Source: Eledone cirrhosa (Eukaryota). From it: a DNA stretch of 64,000 nucleotides. The DNA is taken from the NCBI GenBank assembly GCA_964016885.1, contig OZ024752.1:4092001-4156000 (forward strand), given 5' to 3'. Both the position numbers and the translations under genes were made by a program. The notes below the pieces were generated by a model that made no database searches, was not told the DNA's origin, and saw only the letters and a program-made list of their open reading frames with translations. Positions 1 to 12,720 of this stretch are shown piece after piece (within the stretch, counting starts at the first letter, position 1; each line of letters begins with the position of its first letter).

Positions 1-734
1 AGAAACGGCGCTCCTACGACTCAGGCGTTACGGAACCATACATACATACAAATAAAGAGAGAGTCGTGTGCACCACCCTGCTTCGTCGTTTTTTACTTGA
101 AGCAATTCCACTTCATCAAGTAATGTCGTTATCTCCTTATATACCTTCGATGGTATGGCTGCTAAATATTTCAATTGTATAAGCAACTAAAGACATCATA
201 TATGAGATAAGGAAATGTTGACTAACCCTACTTGTTACAAGATGTGTTGCACTGACCTGATATGATATCTCCATGTTTTTGTTGGGGGGGGGTTACTTTT
301 CTTTTGATTATTTGTTGGGGGCGGAGGGGTGGATGTTCTCTCACTACACTACTACGACAGTTCCTGGTCTTCTGAAAAAGCAACTTGTTATCTACATTAA
401 GGAGACTTCTGTTGTCCTTGGCCCACCCACCTCGCTCCTTATCACCATCGGCGTGGAGTTGGCTACCCGCAAGTATGAGCCTCGCAAGCTGGAATGGCTC
501 TTCCAACGTGTCTCCTTCACCAGCCTCCTGAGAAACGTCTTCTCTCTTTTGTCCCCTGGGACCGCGGAGCAGCCAGCATGTGTCCCCCATTTGCTCATAA
601 TAGTGAGGATGGGTAGAACGAAAGAGATGGAGGCAGTGACTGCTGAAGTTTTTGATTATAGTAATAATTATAATTATATCTCCCCCTTTATTTAGGATTA
701 GTGTACCAGTCCCGTCAATAACCTACCGACTCGG

Positions 735-1866
735 TAGATCGAGAAGCCCTATGGCGTATAATGCAGGCGGACGGCATCCCAGTGAAGCTGCCTCGTCTTA
801 TACAAGGCTACTACCGGTCGACTCGGGCTCGAGTGAGGGTCTATGGTGGGGAGACGGAGTCGTTCGATGTTGGGACCGGTGTTCGGCAGGGGTGTGCGCT
901 ATCGCCAACTCTCTTCAACTACGCCATTGACTACACTCTCAACACAGCGGGATTACCCGGGCGTAGAGGTCGGGAGAGGGGTCGTGGTGACGGACCTGGC
1001 CTACGCGGATGACATCGTGCTGATGGTCGCTAACGGTACAGATGTACAAGGTGCTCTCGAAAGGGTGCACACTGCAGCCGCCGCTTTTGGTCTACGAATC
1101 AATGCCGCCAATTCTAAAATCATGACGTCGCCTTATGCCTGGCAGCCAATATCTCTCGAGGGCGTGGACCTGGAGGATGTGGTGTCCTTCGTTTACCTGG
1201 GCTCAACAGTGGTTCCAACGGGACAGGGTGCAGCCGAGGTCAAACGTCACATAGGTGCTGCCAGATCCGCTTTTAGGCGCCTCTAGCGGTGTCTGTGGGA
1301 CAGAAGAGAGATCACCTCGGCGACCAAGGGGCGAATCTACCAGGCCGTCGTTCGCACTATCCTCCTCTATGGCTGTGAAACATGGCCTATGAGGGTAGTC
1401 GATCAACGAGGGCTGGAGGTCTTTGACAGTGACTGTCTCCACCGCATTCTTCACTGCCGACGTGTTGATTGGGTACCTACCACCAGTCCTCGTCTTCGCC
1501 TGAATCTTCGACCTCTTCCTTCAGTGCTTCTGCAACGGCGCTTGAGATGGTTTGGTGACGCAGCCCGACGCCCTGAGGGTGAGCTGATCCGCGATGTTCT
1601 CCTCCCACCTCCACTCCCTAACTGGCGCAAGCGCGTTGGCGGGCAGCTGAAGACCTGGGCAACGACGATCAAGGAGGACCTCTCCGAACTCTCAGGTCAG
1701 CAGGTGGTCGGCCTGCGCCGATGGAACCATGACTGGCTCGCTATCTCCAGTGACCTAGCCCGGGACCGTTGTGCGTGGGCTGTCATGGTTCGGGATGCCG
1801 TCAGGACAAGGGAAGAAGCAGACTCAACCCGTCCAGGGTGAATGTTGACACAAGTACAAGTAAGTC
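735..1866 (+). mobile_element. 5'-truncated RTE-clade LINE (RT C-terminal half, frameshifted and with a stop)
   Basis: Overlapping ORFs 761-1012, 843-1286 and 1389-1841 give GVRQGCALSPTLFNYAID, DLAYADDIVL, SFVYLGS, YQAVVRTILLYGCETW and RRLRWFG. Short tandem tail CAAGTACAAGTAAGT at about 1851-1865. Visibly more GC-rich than the flanks. Confidence 0.9.
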
Positions 1867-2149
1867 AATAACAACAGCAATAGCGTTGAATGTATTTAAT
1901 TTTGGGAGAGCATGAAACTCCCTTTTCCTCGTGTTTTTCGATTTGCTGAAGTCATGGCATTCCGATTTACCATGGGATAGGTCTCTCTGAACTTACTCTC
2001 ACCCAGTTTTTCTTACAGGAAAACCATCTACAGAATGTTAATATAAACATCGGTTGTATAGTTTCTTGGCCGCCTCACGGTAGGACCTGGAAACTAACTA
2101 ATTCATATGCGAGAAGATACCTTAAACAATGTGAGAATGTCGGCTTGTG

Positions 2150-2700
2150 TCTAGGAGCACTTTTTTTTCACAGAAAATAGTTCCCTTTTAGGTCACAAAA
2201 TAACCAAATAGTTCTTGATGTAAGGTATTTTGCAAAAAGTAATTCATCATCAACGTATTACTGGGACAGCTGATTTAAACAGGCCTTGAGAATATTAAAA
2301 GCTTTAAACGTCGACCCGTCCATCAAGATAGAAAGTTTATACTGCTGAAGATCTGAAGTTATTGACTTTTCAACATCTCATAAATACATTTTTACCCTGG
2401 AAAATAACATTAAGAATAAGTTCAAAATTCTTCTTTTTAACAGTTTCATTTGCTTCCTTTACCGATTGTATTTGGCATTAATTTGTTTTCTTCGCATTAA
2501 AGGATATATTGTAAGTGGCCTCCGTTCCTCCTTTAAATACGAGCTGGTGACTTTAAAAAGAATATTAAAATTAGACGTTTTCCAAGCCTTTAATTCAGTG
2601 TCTTAAAAGCTGAAAAAAAATCTGCTTTAATTATCAGAATGCGTCATCTGGATCTTATTTGGAGGGCTGTAATAGATTGGATGTTTCAAGGCTGATGTGT
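2150..2700 (-). pseudogene. Decayed hAT (Charlie/ZBED8-like) transposase relic
   Basis: Manual minus-strand translation gives ordered fragments ATYNISF, PNTIGK, DVEKSITSDLQQYKLSILMDGSTF and DELLFAKYL. These resemble ASYNIS..PHTIGE..FSLQLDEST..EELLF of Charlie-type transposases. Many frameshifts. Confidence 0.55.
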
Positions 2701-3947
2701 ATTCTTTGACATCAGAAGTATTAATTAATAATTATGGTTTCTAAATTGAATATTCATAATCAGCGCCAGTACTTTCGATATATTTCTCTATTTACAAATC
2801 ATCTCTAGGCCTTGCCAGAGTTGAATATGTTTCATAATCGGCTTTCAAATTCAGATTATTGGAGTTTTATCCATTATGTGTTTTGGGGTTACATGTCCTT
2901 AAAGAAAGTATTTTTCTACTAAATATACTTGTATCTGATAATCGAAGTTTTTAGACTCTCTTATAACATATGTAGAGCGCTCATATGTGCATTTAGAATG
3001 CAGTACATATGATCCTCCCACCAGGATATTTTCCTTTAATTCTATTCTTTACACATTCAGCTGTTGAGCACGATATTCTATTCACATATTTTGAGGCAAA
3101 ATATCTACTAATATAATAAATAGCCTTGACTGAGGGAGGAAGGAAGGGGTGATTATGTCGAGAGAGGAAGGAAGGGGTATCTAATATACACACATCTATG
3201 AGATGACTGAGGAAGGTGAGAGGATGAGAAACTATAGAGGTCCACCGTTCTAAGATTCGTCACAGCTCTGTGTTTGTATGTTTGTATCACCTGTGTGAGT
3301 GAGCGCGAAGGAACCAACCAACCATCTCTTTTTTTATATTATATATATGTATTACAATTAGCCGTCAACGGGGCAACCTAATACAAAATAAACGTCTTCA
3401 TAATGAAGACTATTTTATATTTTGTCGTTACTCTGCCTGTGTACAATGAAACTGTCGCTGCTATTAGTTTCACTGCTTCCAGTGTCGTTCGATTTAATAA
3501 ACTTCCATAAATTCTCATCAGCCCTGCCTATTCACGGCTTCTGTTTCAGCCCAGTCGTGAACTATTTCTTTCTGCATTGTTCTCGAATAAGTGAGTCTAC
3601 GTCTTCCTTATCTTCTGGTGCTTTCAACTGTCCATTTTATTGCTGGGAGCGACATACGTGCTCCAAATATCGTTGTTTTTCTTTCACCGTTTCTTTTTTC
3701 ATTTATACATGCTCCTTTTATCATGCTTCAAGCCACACCATTTCTCGCAATATTACGCTGGAAAATGAATGCAGTTCTCTGCTCACTTAACTAAAATTAT
3801 TTTCCGGTAGAAGAAAGATATATATATATATATATATATGAGTTTTCCAAGAGATGTCAACATGAACGGACCCGTTATTTTTATCTAAAATCATTTTTTC
3901 CAATTCCAATGCGCCAGTCCCTTCAATCTATCTTATTTCTCATTCTT

Positions 3948-3983
3948 TCTTCTGATGAAGGACTAGCGCCCGAAACGTTAAGA
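3948..3983 (+). ncRNA. Minimal type I hammerhead ribozyme (family H1, copy 1)
   Basis: TCTT-CTGATGA-AGGACTAGCGCCC-GAAA-C-GTT-AAGA. Stem I TCTT/AAGA, intact core boxes, loopless palindromic stem III, GUU triplet. Part of a roughly 120 bp repeat (3917-4037) also present at 40381-40500. Confidence 0.8.
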
Positions 3984-4067
3984 CCCTCTTCCTGCTATTT
4001 CGAGCGTTAACCTAATATATTCCTTCCATATACTGTACCGATTGTGTTGTTATTTCTGTTTACCTTT

Positions 4068-4117
<50 letters not shown>

Positions 4118-4121
<4 letters not shown>

Positions 4122-4175
4122 TTATTATTTCTGGCAATATTATAACAATATGAACCTCCCCAAATATCACAATAT
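4118..4175 (+). mobile_element. Solo 3'-terminal fragment of PLE family B
   Basis: TTATTATTTCTGGCAATATTATAACAATATGAACCTCCCCAAATATCACAAT matches the 3' terminus at 11007-11060 and is flanked by (TA)n. Confidence 0.75.
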
Positions 4176-4845
4176 ATATATATTATATATAACATTAAAG
4201 TACGGATATTTGTGGATTCTTTTATAAAGTCATGGTCATACGTACATTTAATAAAAAAAAACATTGTTAGGCTATATGTATGTTTATATGTACGTGTATC
4301 TATCAACAAACATTTACATACATTGGAGCTATCGAACAACAGAACTCTGTAAACTTTGTTCCCCTGTTCCCTTCGTGTAACCCAGACGCTTTCCTGTCAT
4401 TCCCGCTGTCGGAAATCTGGGAAATTATACTAATAGTGCCATGTAGAATTTACAAAATAATCTATATTTAGATTTGATGAAATAAATATATATCAATTAT
4501 ATATAAATAAATATTTGATTTAATAAATATACTAAAACTATTCACTTAACTATACATCACTGTTAACCCCATTATAAATGTTATCGTTGTAAGTAGTCAA
4601 AATATAAGTTATAATATATTGTTCCCTTTAATAAAAGTTGCAACAAAGAAGAAGTGTGTGTATGCAACGTTGCCATCTTTATTAACTTCCTTCCATTCTA
4701 GGTTTTCTCTTTTCCTTTATTTGAGATTATATTGCAAGAGATTAATTTCTTGTTCTCCGTTAGTAAACATTTTATAGCATCGACGTGATAATATTTAAAC
4801 TGTCTTTCGGTAATTCATAGAAAAACACTTTTATTCAGAAACTTG

Positions 4846-4881
<36 letters not shown>

Positions 4882-5312
4882 TTAGGGAGGGGGGGGGGGG
4901 GGGCTGGCTTTCTTTTTTTTTCTTTTCCACCCACTTTCTTTTGTTTATACAATATTTTCTGAAACAATATATTGTATGTGTTATGTTTGCCTTTCTCATT
5001 ATAGTTCGTAGTCTTTACAATTTTCCTTGTGTGTCTTGTGTTGAACAAATAGCTGCCAATTCACTCAGTAGTCTGTGATGTGTGTGTATATATAGTTATG
5101 TGTGTATGTATATATAGACTCGGTAACAGTTTGGGGGCATTGCTATCCTTTCAAACAAGGCGTTAACACTTCACTCCCTTTGTTTTGTCTATTTTTCCTG
5201 GTGACCATTCCTGTTTTTTGTATAAACACGTCATACATCACTTTCTCTCAAGACATTTTTCCATCCGTTTTTGTTTGTCTGTTGTTATCATTTTTAAAGT
5301 AGTCTCATATTT

Positions 5313-6474
5313 ATTTTTCTCTTTATATATTCAAGTATTTTCAATTATAATGTTGTTCGTATATTGCTACTTTGATTATATGAAAGTGGGAAGGGATGTT
5401 TTAGATAAATATTCTCTTTCTAAAAAGACATTAACGATACTCGATGGGTTGTTGCAGTACAAAAGCTGACACAAATCTGGTTGCCGCTTTCTATGGTATA
5501 TCCTCTTGGTCTACAACATCAGCCATACTAGTGTTGATTTAAGGAGACTTGTAGAGTAGCAAGGCTACGAAACTAAACTCCTTTGGTTTTGTACCTCTCT
5601 TTTACATCACCCGTTATTTTCTTTCCTTCCTATATGTTATCCGAGTCTCGAATCCCTAACTAGATATTTCATCATCTGAGGTGATAAAACTTATTGTTCA
5701 CTAGATTAGATCAGTGATTTGGATGGGTTTCCAACTTCTCTAATAAAAGCATTCTCAATGGAATTTCAAATTAATCTCATACAAAGGTTTTGATGTACCA
5801 CGATGAGTTTTATGTACGACTGTGTTGTATAATGCCAGTAAAATGAAATCTTTATTAGATGGTCCATGAAATTGTTTTTGTTAATTTTGTGAACCACATT
5901 CTGAACATGGCGGAGTTTACATACGAATGTTCATTCTCTCCATTAATGAATATGAATATAATTCTCGATCAGGCGGATAGTTCACATAGTTTGGAGAAAT
6001 AACATGGGGATTATGATTCTTATTCTTTATATTAGAGGGTTAAAAGCATCAATAAATTAACATGGCAGCAGTTGGGAATTGACAGCGCATCGCTGTACAA
6101 CTGTTATTACACAAAAGACAAATTACAAAACGGAAAGATATATATATATTAATTAAAATAACAGATTAAAGTTTCGGGTGATGTAAAAGAGAGTTACAAA
6201 ACCAAAGGAGTTTAGTTTCGTAGCCTTGCTACTCTACAAGTCTCCTTAAACAACACTAGTATGGCTGATGTTGTAGACCAAGAGGATATACCATAGAAAG
6301 CGGCAATCAGATTCGTGTCAGCTTTTGTACTGCAACAACCCATCGAGTATCGTTAATGTCTTTTTAGAAAGAGAATATTTATCTAAAACATCCCTTCCCA
6401 CTTTCATATAATCAAAGTAGCAATATACGAACAACATTATAATTGAAAATACTTGAATATATAAAGAGAAAAAT
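5313..6474. repeat. Inverted repeat with ~300 bp arms (5313-5613 and 6175-6474) and ~560 bp spacer
   Basis: The arms are near-identical reverse complements; the same peptide appears in ORF 5185+ and ORF 6318-. Confidence 0.95.
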
Positions 6475-6525
6475 TCTAATTTAGTCTTCAAATTTATTAT
6501 TATTACTATATACATATATATATAT

Positions 6526-6623
6526 AGGAAAAAGTTGGACCCCGACGGCAGAGCTGAAGCCGTTTCGACGGCTATTTCTGGACTAAATTAGAATTTTTAG
6601 CGTGGTAAATAAATAGCCGGACT
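6526..6623 (-). ncRNA. 3' part of a hammerhead (family H2), lacking the CUGANGA box
   Basis: Minus strand reads CGGCTATTT..AAATAGCCG-TC-GAAA-CGGC-ttcagctct-GCCG-TC-GGGG: stem II, GAAA, stem III and GUC triplet. Homologous to 31821 and 56138. Confidence 0.65.
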
Positions 6624-8934
6624 ATATATGTGTGTGTGTGTATGCAAACATACACACGTCTTTTATCAGATGACACCCCTTGCTACATATGTCTGTCTAC
6701 TTTATATTCTGATATAAATATTTAAAGACACGAATGAGCTTCTGCATTGTCGCTCAACTTGTTAGAAGTAGCAGCTAAGTCCGCCAAGAGTCACTGGCTA
6801 TCGTCTGTTTTATACAAGGAAAGGACACATTAAAATAATGTATTCATCAAACCACACAACCACCTCTGAAAAGAGAGCATATTCCTGACAGGAATGCTTT
6901 TGATTTTTTTACGTTTAATTGTTCGATAGATTCTCCCCTGTAAAAAATATCTAATCAACATTTTAAACGGGCATTTCAAATGGCCAAGAAATTGGTAAAA
7001 GTGAGATATTCAACACAGTGGTTTTCTTTAGAAGAACCTAGCTGTTATTTTCTAATGAAATTTTAGATGTGAAATCCGGTCTTGAATGTCGCGAGTGACT
7101 AGTTTTTATCATCGCTATGCCAGGTGTTAAATTTTATCAGTTTTTTTTAAGGAGATTTAGTATTTCGGCTTAAGTAAGTTAAACAACCAATAACACACAG
7201 ATAAAATTACAGTTTTACTACATGAAGGGTCTTATCGTTTAAAAATAGGCTACAAAAAGTTTGAATCTTTAAACCGTAGTGTAATTTGGACTTTATGACC
7301 CCGGAAAGAGAAGATTCATTTCTGAGTGGGAAACCGATATTTTTATAACAGAATTTAATACATTTTAAAGAGTATGTTTTCGAGCGCAACCTATAGTCGG
7401 CAGATTTTACTCGGAAGGGGGAGTTAAAATCGTTGTGTGGTTCCGGTAGCTAGAATTTATCTATAGATTAAATATAGCGTACAGTAAAACAAATTTAAAA
7501 TGTATGTGCCCGAGCAATAGAAAAAGTGGTTTGAATGTTCATTTTGTTTTCGTTTTATCTTTTAATTTTCTGTTAAGTCGTATACGTTTTATTTTTGTTT
7601 TATTTTCAAACTTGTTTTATTCTAAACCCAAGAAGTAAGAAAAATATTCAAAATTAATTTTCTAATGTTATTGCCTGAGAAATCATGAATATTTTGGTTA
7701 TTTTCAATAAGACTAGATCAACTGTGGATTAACTGGTGAACTCTAAAATATCGACTCAGCGAAAAAGTTCCGCCATGTTCGCTCAACTTGCTAGAAATAA
7801 CATCCACGTCCTACCGTTTAAAAATGTTACGAACACGTTGGATATTGTTGTCCAGGTTACACTCAACAACTCCAAATGCAAACAGCCTAGAGCTGCTTTT
7901 ATCATAGGGTTAAACTGAAGCTAAATAATCAAGGTACATATTTATCTCGCCTCTCTAACCTTCAAATGAACGTTTAAGGTTATCGAGTAGGCACTCATAA
8001 AAACATACTTATGCTCGTAAACATTCCTATCTATCTATCTATATTTATCTATCTATTTATCGTGAGTTTCTCAGTTTATATTCTCCAGCCATTAAACTAG
8101 AAGAATTAGTATTACAGTGTCGAATGAAATGACTTGTGGTGTCTCTTCCGGTTCTTTTTGTTCTGGGTTCAAATTCGGCCGTAGTCAAATTTGCATTTTG
8201 TCATTTGCATTTCGGCATGTCGATAAAAAAAAATACCAGCGTGGAGTCGTGGGAGTATCGGATAGGACGCATTGTTACTCTTGTTCTGGCTCTTTGGCGC
8301 TTAATTTAATTTGTCCTCTAGTTTAATGCGAGGCGCTGGCCATTATATTAACGTTGCATAGAGGTCTCACGGTGAAAATATTACTGAGGCCATTGCGTAT
8401 TGTATATCGTAACAGAAAAATTAATTTTGGACCTTTTAAACATTGTGAGACTCTGACTACAGTTCAGTCATCCCCTCATAATCCAAAATTGCCCTCTGGT
8501 ACCTTTTGTAGACTCCACTTGCGTGCAAGTGTTCCGACTCATTCTCCGGTTTGAAGACAACTTTCTCCCTCTTTTTCCCTTCTACCAATCTCAGTGACCC
8601 TGGAAAGTGTCTCAGGTTCTGCTCTTCTCTCATCATTAAGCGAGTAAACTATTGTTTCTTCTTTTGCTGTTGCTGATGTTTAGTACTAGAATGAACATGT
8701 CTATGGACATCTGGGACTACACTGTGTTCTTTTATTTAAAAATATTATACATTATTGCATGTTATTTGTTGTTGGTGCAACACAGTAGGGTGCTAGTTTC
8801 TAAGGAAATCTCTCTGCCACGTCTATTAGAATGAGGGACTACATAGAAATCCCTTTTCGGTTTCATATTGAAATACGTTTTAACATTCTGTAAGAAATGT
8901 TTTATGTAGCTGCATAGCCATTCTTCTGTTTACT

Positions 8935-9107
8935 CCCTTTCTATCTCTCCCTTTTATATCTCCTCCTTTATTCCTCTCCCCTTTCTCTCTCTCTCTCTCT
9001 CTCTGTCCTTCTCCCATCTTCCCCCCTCTGGCCCTCCTTCTCTCTCCATGTTTCTCCCTTTCTCTCTTACTCTTACTATTTATGTTATACCCTCATCATT
9101 TTTATTC

Positions 9108-9138
<31 letters not shown>

Positions 9139-9165
9139 ATTTCTCCCTCTCCCTATCCTGTTTCA
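8935..9165. repeat. Polypyrimidine/(CT)n tract
   Basis: Seen directly in the sequence. Confidence 0.9.
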
Positions 9166-9192
9166 ATCTCATATAAACATATATATACATAC

Positions 9193-9242
<50 letters not shown>

Positions 9243-9243
<1 letters not shown>

Positions 9244-9563
9244 ATAAATGTAATCTGAGTTTATCGAATATTAATAATTATTTCTACATTTGGCACAAGG
9301 CCAGCAATTACCCAGTACATTACTGGTACTTTATTTTATCGAATATTAATAATAACAATCGATTCGTTTGCAATTTTGCAAACAAGCCTCAATTGTATAG
9401 CCATGTCAGTAGAATGAACCCTTCATACTAGGTGTTGTGTTGGCATGGGAACAGAACTGCAGACACTAATGTTTGTAAAATTGCAAACGAATCGAATGTT
9501 ATTATTAATATTCGAAAATCTCAGATTACATTTATTGTATTCAGCCATGTAGAGCGAACATTT

Positions 9564-9570
<7 letters not shown>
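9243..9570. mobile_element. Fold-back element (arms 9243-9384 and 9470-9536) with a SINE fragment inserted in the left arm
   Basis: The arms are reverse complements once the SINE 3' piece (about 9279-9340, minus strand) is removed. TTATCGAATATTAATAAT is duplicated around the insert. The element lies between (TA)n tracts. Confidence 0.75.
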
Positions 9571-9610
<40 letters not shown>

Positions 9611-9613
<3 letters not shown>

Positions 9614-11060
9614 TTGCGAGGTTTTTTATATGAAATCGTGTGTCGAAACAAATATTGTTATACTTGGGGAGGGTCATATTTGTGTAATAATATTGCCAGA
9701 ATTAATAACAGAACAGTTTAATATTCTGATCGCAGACTTGATACGAGTAATGAAGAACGTGTCCTGCATGTGCGACCCAACAGAAATGGAAAGACACATC
9801 CAACACTTCATCAACCGCATGCAGTTCTCTGGCTACAACCAAAGAGACAGAATCAGAGTATACGAAGGAGCCACGGAGAAGTATAAGACCCTCATAGAAC
9901 TGGACATGAAAAGAATTTGCCCATTATACAGGTGTAAATCATGGAATAGCTTATATAGGACTAGACATAAAATAGGGAAAGCCACCTCATGGTACGACAA
10001 CCAGAGATACCAGAGTGTCATGTTTGTGGACGCTACCCCTGGAGGGAAATTAGCTAACCAGTGTAGAAAAACCCACTTAAAGATTAAGGTGGTAGAAAAT
10101 CCAGGAACTACCATAAAATCCCTGATCAGCAAAACCTACCCTTTTAAGAAAACCCACTGTACTAAGAGGAAATGTATCATATGTAAAGTAAACCCCCGGA
10201 TAAACTGTAAAACTAGAAACGTAGTCTATAGCATAAGATGTACAGAGGGTACTTGCCGAAACATGACAACAACATACATAGGCGAGACAGCTCGTAGCAT
10301 AGGTGAAAGGATAGACAAACACTGGGGGGGGGGGCACTAAAAGGACGAAAAAACGGTTCAGTACTATACGAACATGCCAGACAACAACACAACGGTAACA
10401 TAGACAACATAGAAGTTAGAAAAATATCTAAACATAGAAATAACCCAACAGATAGGCAAATCAGAGAGGCCAGCGAAATAGAACTTAGAAGGCCAAGGCT
10501 AAACAGAAAAAAGGAATGGAATAACAACACCCAAACAAACAACACTGACCTAAGAGAAGTATATATAAATAAATAAATACATACACAAGCACAATAACAA
10601 CAAACACATATAAACACACACTAGTAAACTAAGATAGAATACATTAACCAATACACAGTCACCCAAACAAGAACACACATCAAACAAAACACTATACACA
10701 CACGCAAACGCATGCGCAGAGAAGACAAAAAATAAACAAAAAAATAAACAAATAAATAAATAAACAGACTAAATAAAGATGGTGTGAGCATACAATGCAA
10801 CGGAAGGAAACATAATAGCACCACTGACGATGTTGCAGATGTGCAACGAAAGAACTTTGATAGACTATATATATGTGTTTGCGTCTATATTGTATCTGTA
10901 TTTTTGACCGTTGGTCAGTCAATGGCAACATTGAGGACCGAATAAATTAAATTAACCGATATAAAAGACACAGAAGCAAAAACCAGCCAAACAGTGAGTG
11001 TGTTCTGTTATTAATTCTGGCAATATTATTACAATATGACCCTCCCCAAGTATAACAATA
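9611..11060 (+). mobile_element. 5'-truncated Penelope-like element, family B, with an inverted copy of its 3' end at the 5' side
   Basis: The body from about 9713 encodes RT thumb, Cys linker and GIY-YIG (CKTRNVVYSIRC..YIGETARSIGERIDKHW), with a frameshift at the poly-G near 10324. 9654-9712 is the reverse complement of 11001-11060. Confidence 0.92.
10822..10859 (+). ncRNA. Type I hammerhead in the family B 3' pseudo-LTR
   Basis: CA-CTGACGA-T-GTTGCA-gatg-TGCAAC-GAAA-GAAC-TT-TG. Perfect 6 bp stem II, weak stem I. Confidence 0.72.
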
Positions 11061-11073
11061 TAAATATATATAT

Positions 11074-11278
11074 ATATTTATTAGAATAACAGATTAAAGT
11101 TTAAGCAAAGAATCGCTGCTTTCACCCTTAGAAAATCCCGTTAAGGGTGAAAGCAGCGATTCTTTGCTTAAACTTTAATCTGTTATTTTAATAAATATTT
11201 GCTCTAGGGTTCTTATATATTTGATATATATTTATCCTTATCGAGCCCTCTTTGGATTTTAGTCATCAAATTTATTAT
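11074..11278 (+). mobile_element. Fold-back mini-element (arms 11074-11130 and 11142-11198) plus unique tail
   Basis: Near-perfect ~57 bp inverted arms with an 11 nt loop, TA-flanked. Shares AAACTTTAATCTGTTATTTTAAT with 6152-6174 (minus strand). Confidence 0.85.
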
Positions 11279-11753
11279 TACTATATATATATAATGTGTG
11301 TGTGTATGCGCACGCACACACACCTGTCTGTCTGGCTGTATGTCTGTCTATCACTGCGTCTGTCTGCCTGCCTGTCTCTGTCTGTCTGTCGCTCTATATA
11401 TCTATCAAATTTATTCTCCCCTTTCCTTCCTCTTTTATTTCTTTATTTTCTAACGCTTCACTGAATTATCTGAGTAATCAACCGTTCCACTGCCACAGAA
11501 CAGTGAAGATCAAGGCTTCAAGTGAAATCCGGAAATCTGATAGTCCGTTAATTTTTCAATCTAACAATTGGTCCACACAAGACTTGGTCCCATCACTCAA
11601 TAATCATACAGCTTATTTTATTTTATTCTATATCTTTTTAATACTTTTTCTAATATCATTTCAAATAAAATATTATTGTTATTATTATCATTATTATTAT
11701 TGTTATTGTTGTTATTCTTATTTTTCTTCTTCTTCTTATTATTATTATTATCA

Positions 11754-11941
11754 GGGCGGTGGATTGGCAGTATCAGTAGAGGGTCGGACGCCATGCTTTG
11801 ACGTATAGAGTTACGGCCCTTGCCATTCTGAGTTCAAATGCCGCCGAGGTTAACTTTGCCTTTTATCCTTACGGGGTCGATAAAATAAATACCAGTAAAG
11901 CACTGGGTAATTGCTGGCCTTGTGCCAAATGTAGAAACAAT
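11754..11941 (+). mobile_element. tRNA-derived SINE with (TAT)n tail
   Basis: A-box-like TGGCAGTATCAG, B-box GTTCAAATGCC and core CTTTGCCTTTTATCCTTACGGGGTCGATAAAAT. Multi-copy within the window. Confidence 0.9.
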
Positions 11942-12339
11942 TATTATTATTATCATTATTATAAAGAAATCATTATTATCATCATTATTATTATTTTCAT
12001 TATCATTATAAGCATTATTATTATCATTATCATTATTATTACTATTATTGTTATCTTGACCATTTCAGCCGGATGAGGAATTCAAATGCAGTGACATAGA
12101 TGAGAAGAGGCAAATGTCATCACGAATCAAGTGACACAGTCTTTCAAGTGTAAGGTACTGTCTGTCGTAGCCAACAATGTTAGGCGTGAAGAATACGGTT
12201 CAATGTCAGTTAACAAATACTTTGGCATTTCTTGTTTTGGCTTTTGTTCTTTTGTTTTTAGAAAATATCTAAAGTTTTGATTAAATATTGGCTTGACTGT
12301 CTGTAATATAGATAACACACAACAAATATACATAATGTA

Positions 12340-12372
<33 letters not shown>

Positions 12373-12376
12373 CGTA

Positions 12377-12407
<31 letters not shown>

Positions 12408-12623
12408 GCACACACATACGTATATATATATATGTATATATATATATACACATACGTATATATATATATACATACGTATGTATATATATATACATATATA
12501 CATACGTATATATATATATATATACATACACATATATACACATACGTATATATATGCATATATGTACATATACATATATATATATACATATACATATATA
12601 TATACATACATACATATATATAC

Positions 12624-12655
<32 letters not shown>

Positions 12656-12667
12656 ATACATACATAC

Positions 12668-12698
<31 letters not shown>

Positions 12699-12720
12699 CA
12701 TACATATATATATACATACA
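12340..12720. repeat. Compound (TA)/(CA) microsatellite
   Basis: Seen directly in the sequence. Confidence 0.95.

Noticed and set aside
1-110. GAAACGGCG...AATAAA at the window start as a possible hammerhead/pseudo-LTR tail
   Set aside because: It is truncated by the window edge, so the core box and stems cannot be verified.
228-695. Overlapping short ORFs in a moderately GC-rich stretch
   Set aside because: No recognisable motif in any frame; possibly a repeat relic, but unsupported.
11128-11170. Hammerhead in the 11074 fold-back (GAAAA-T-CCC..GGG-T-GAAA)
   Set aside because: There is no CUGANGA box and no convincing stem III/triplet; kept only as a fold-back.
11754-11941. tRNA gene
   Set aside because: A and B boxes are present but there is no cloverleaf; it is a multi-copy SINE head.
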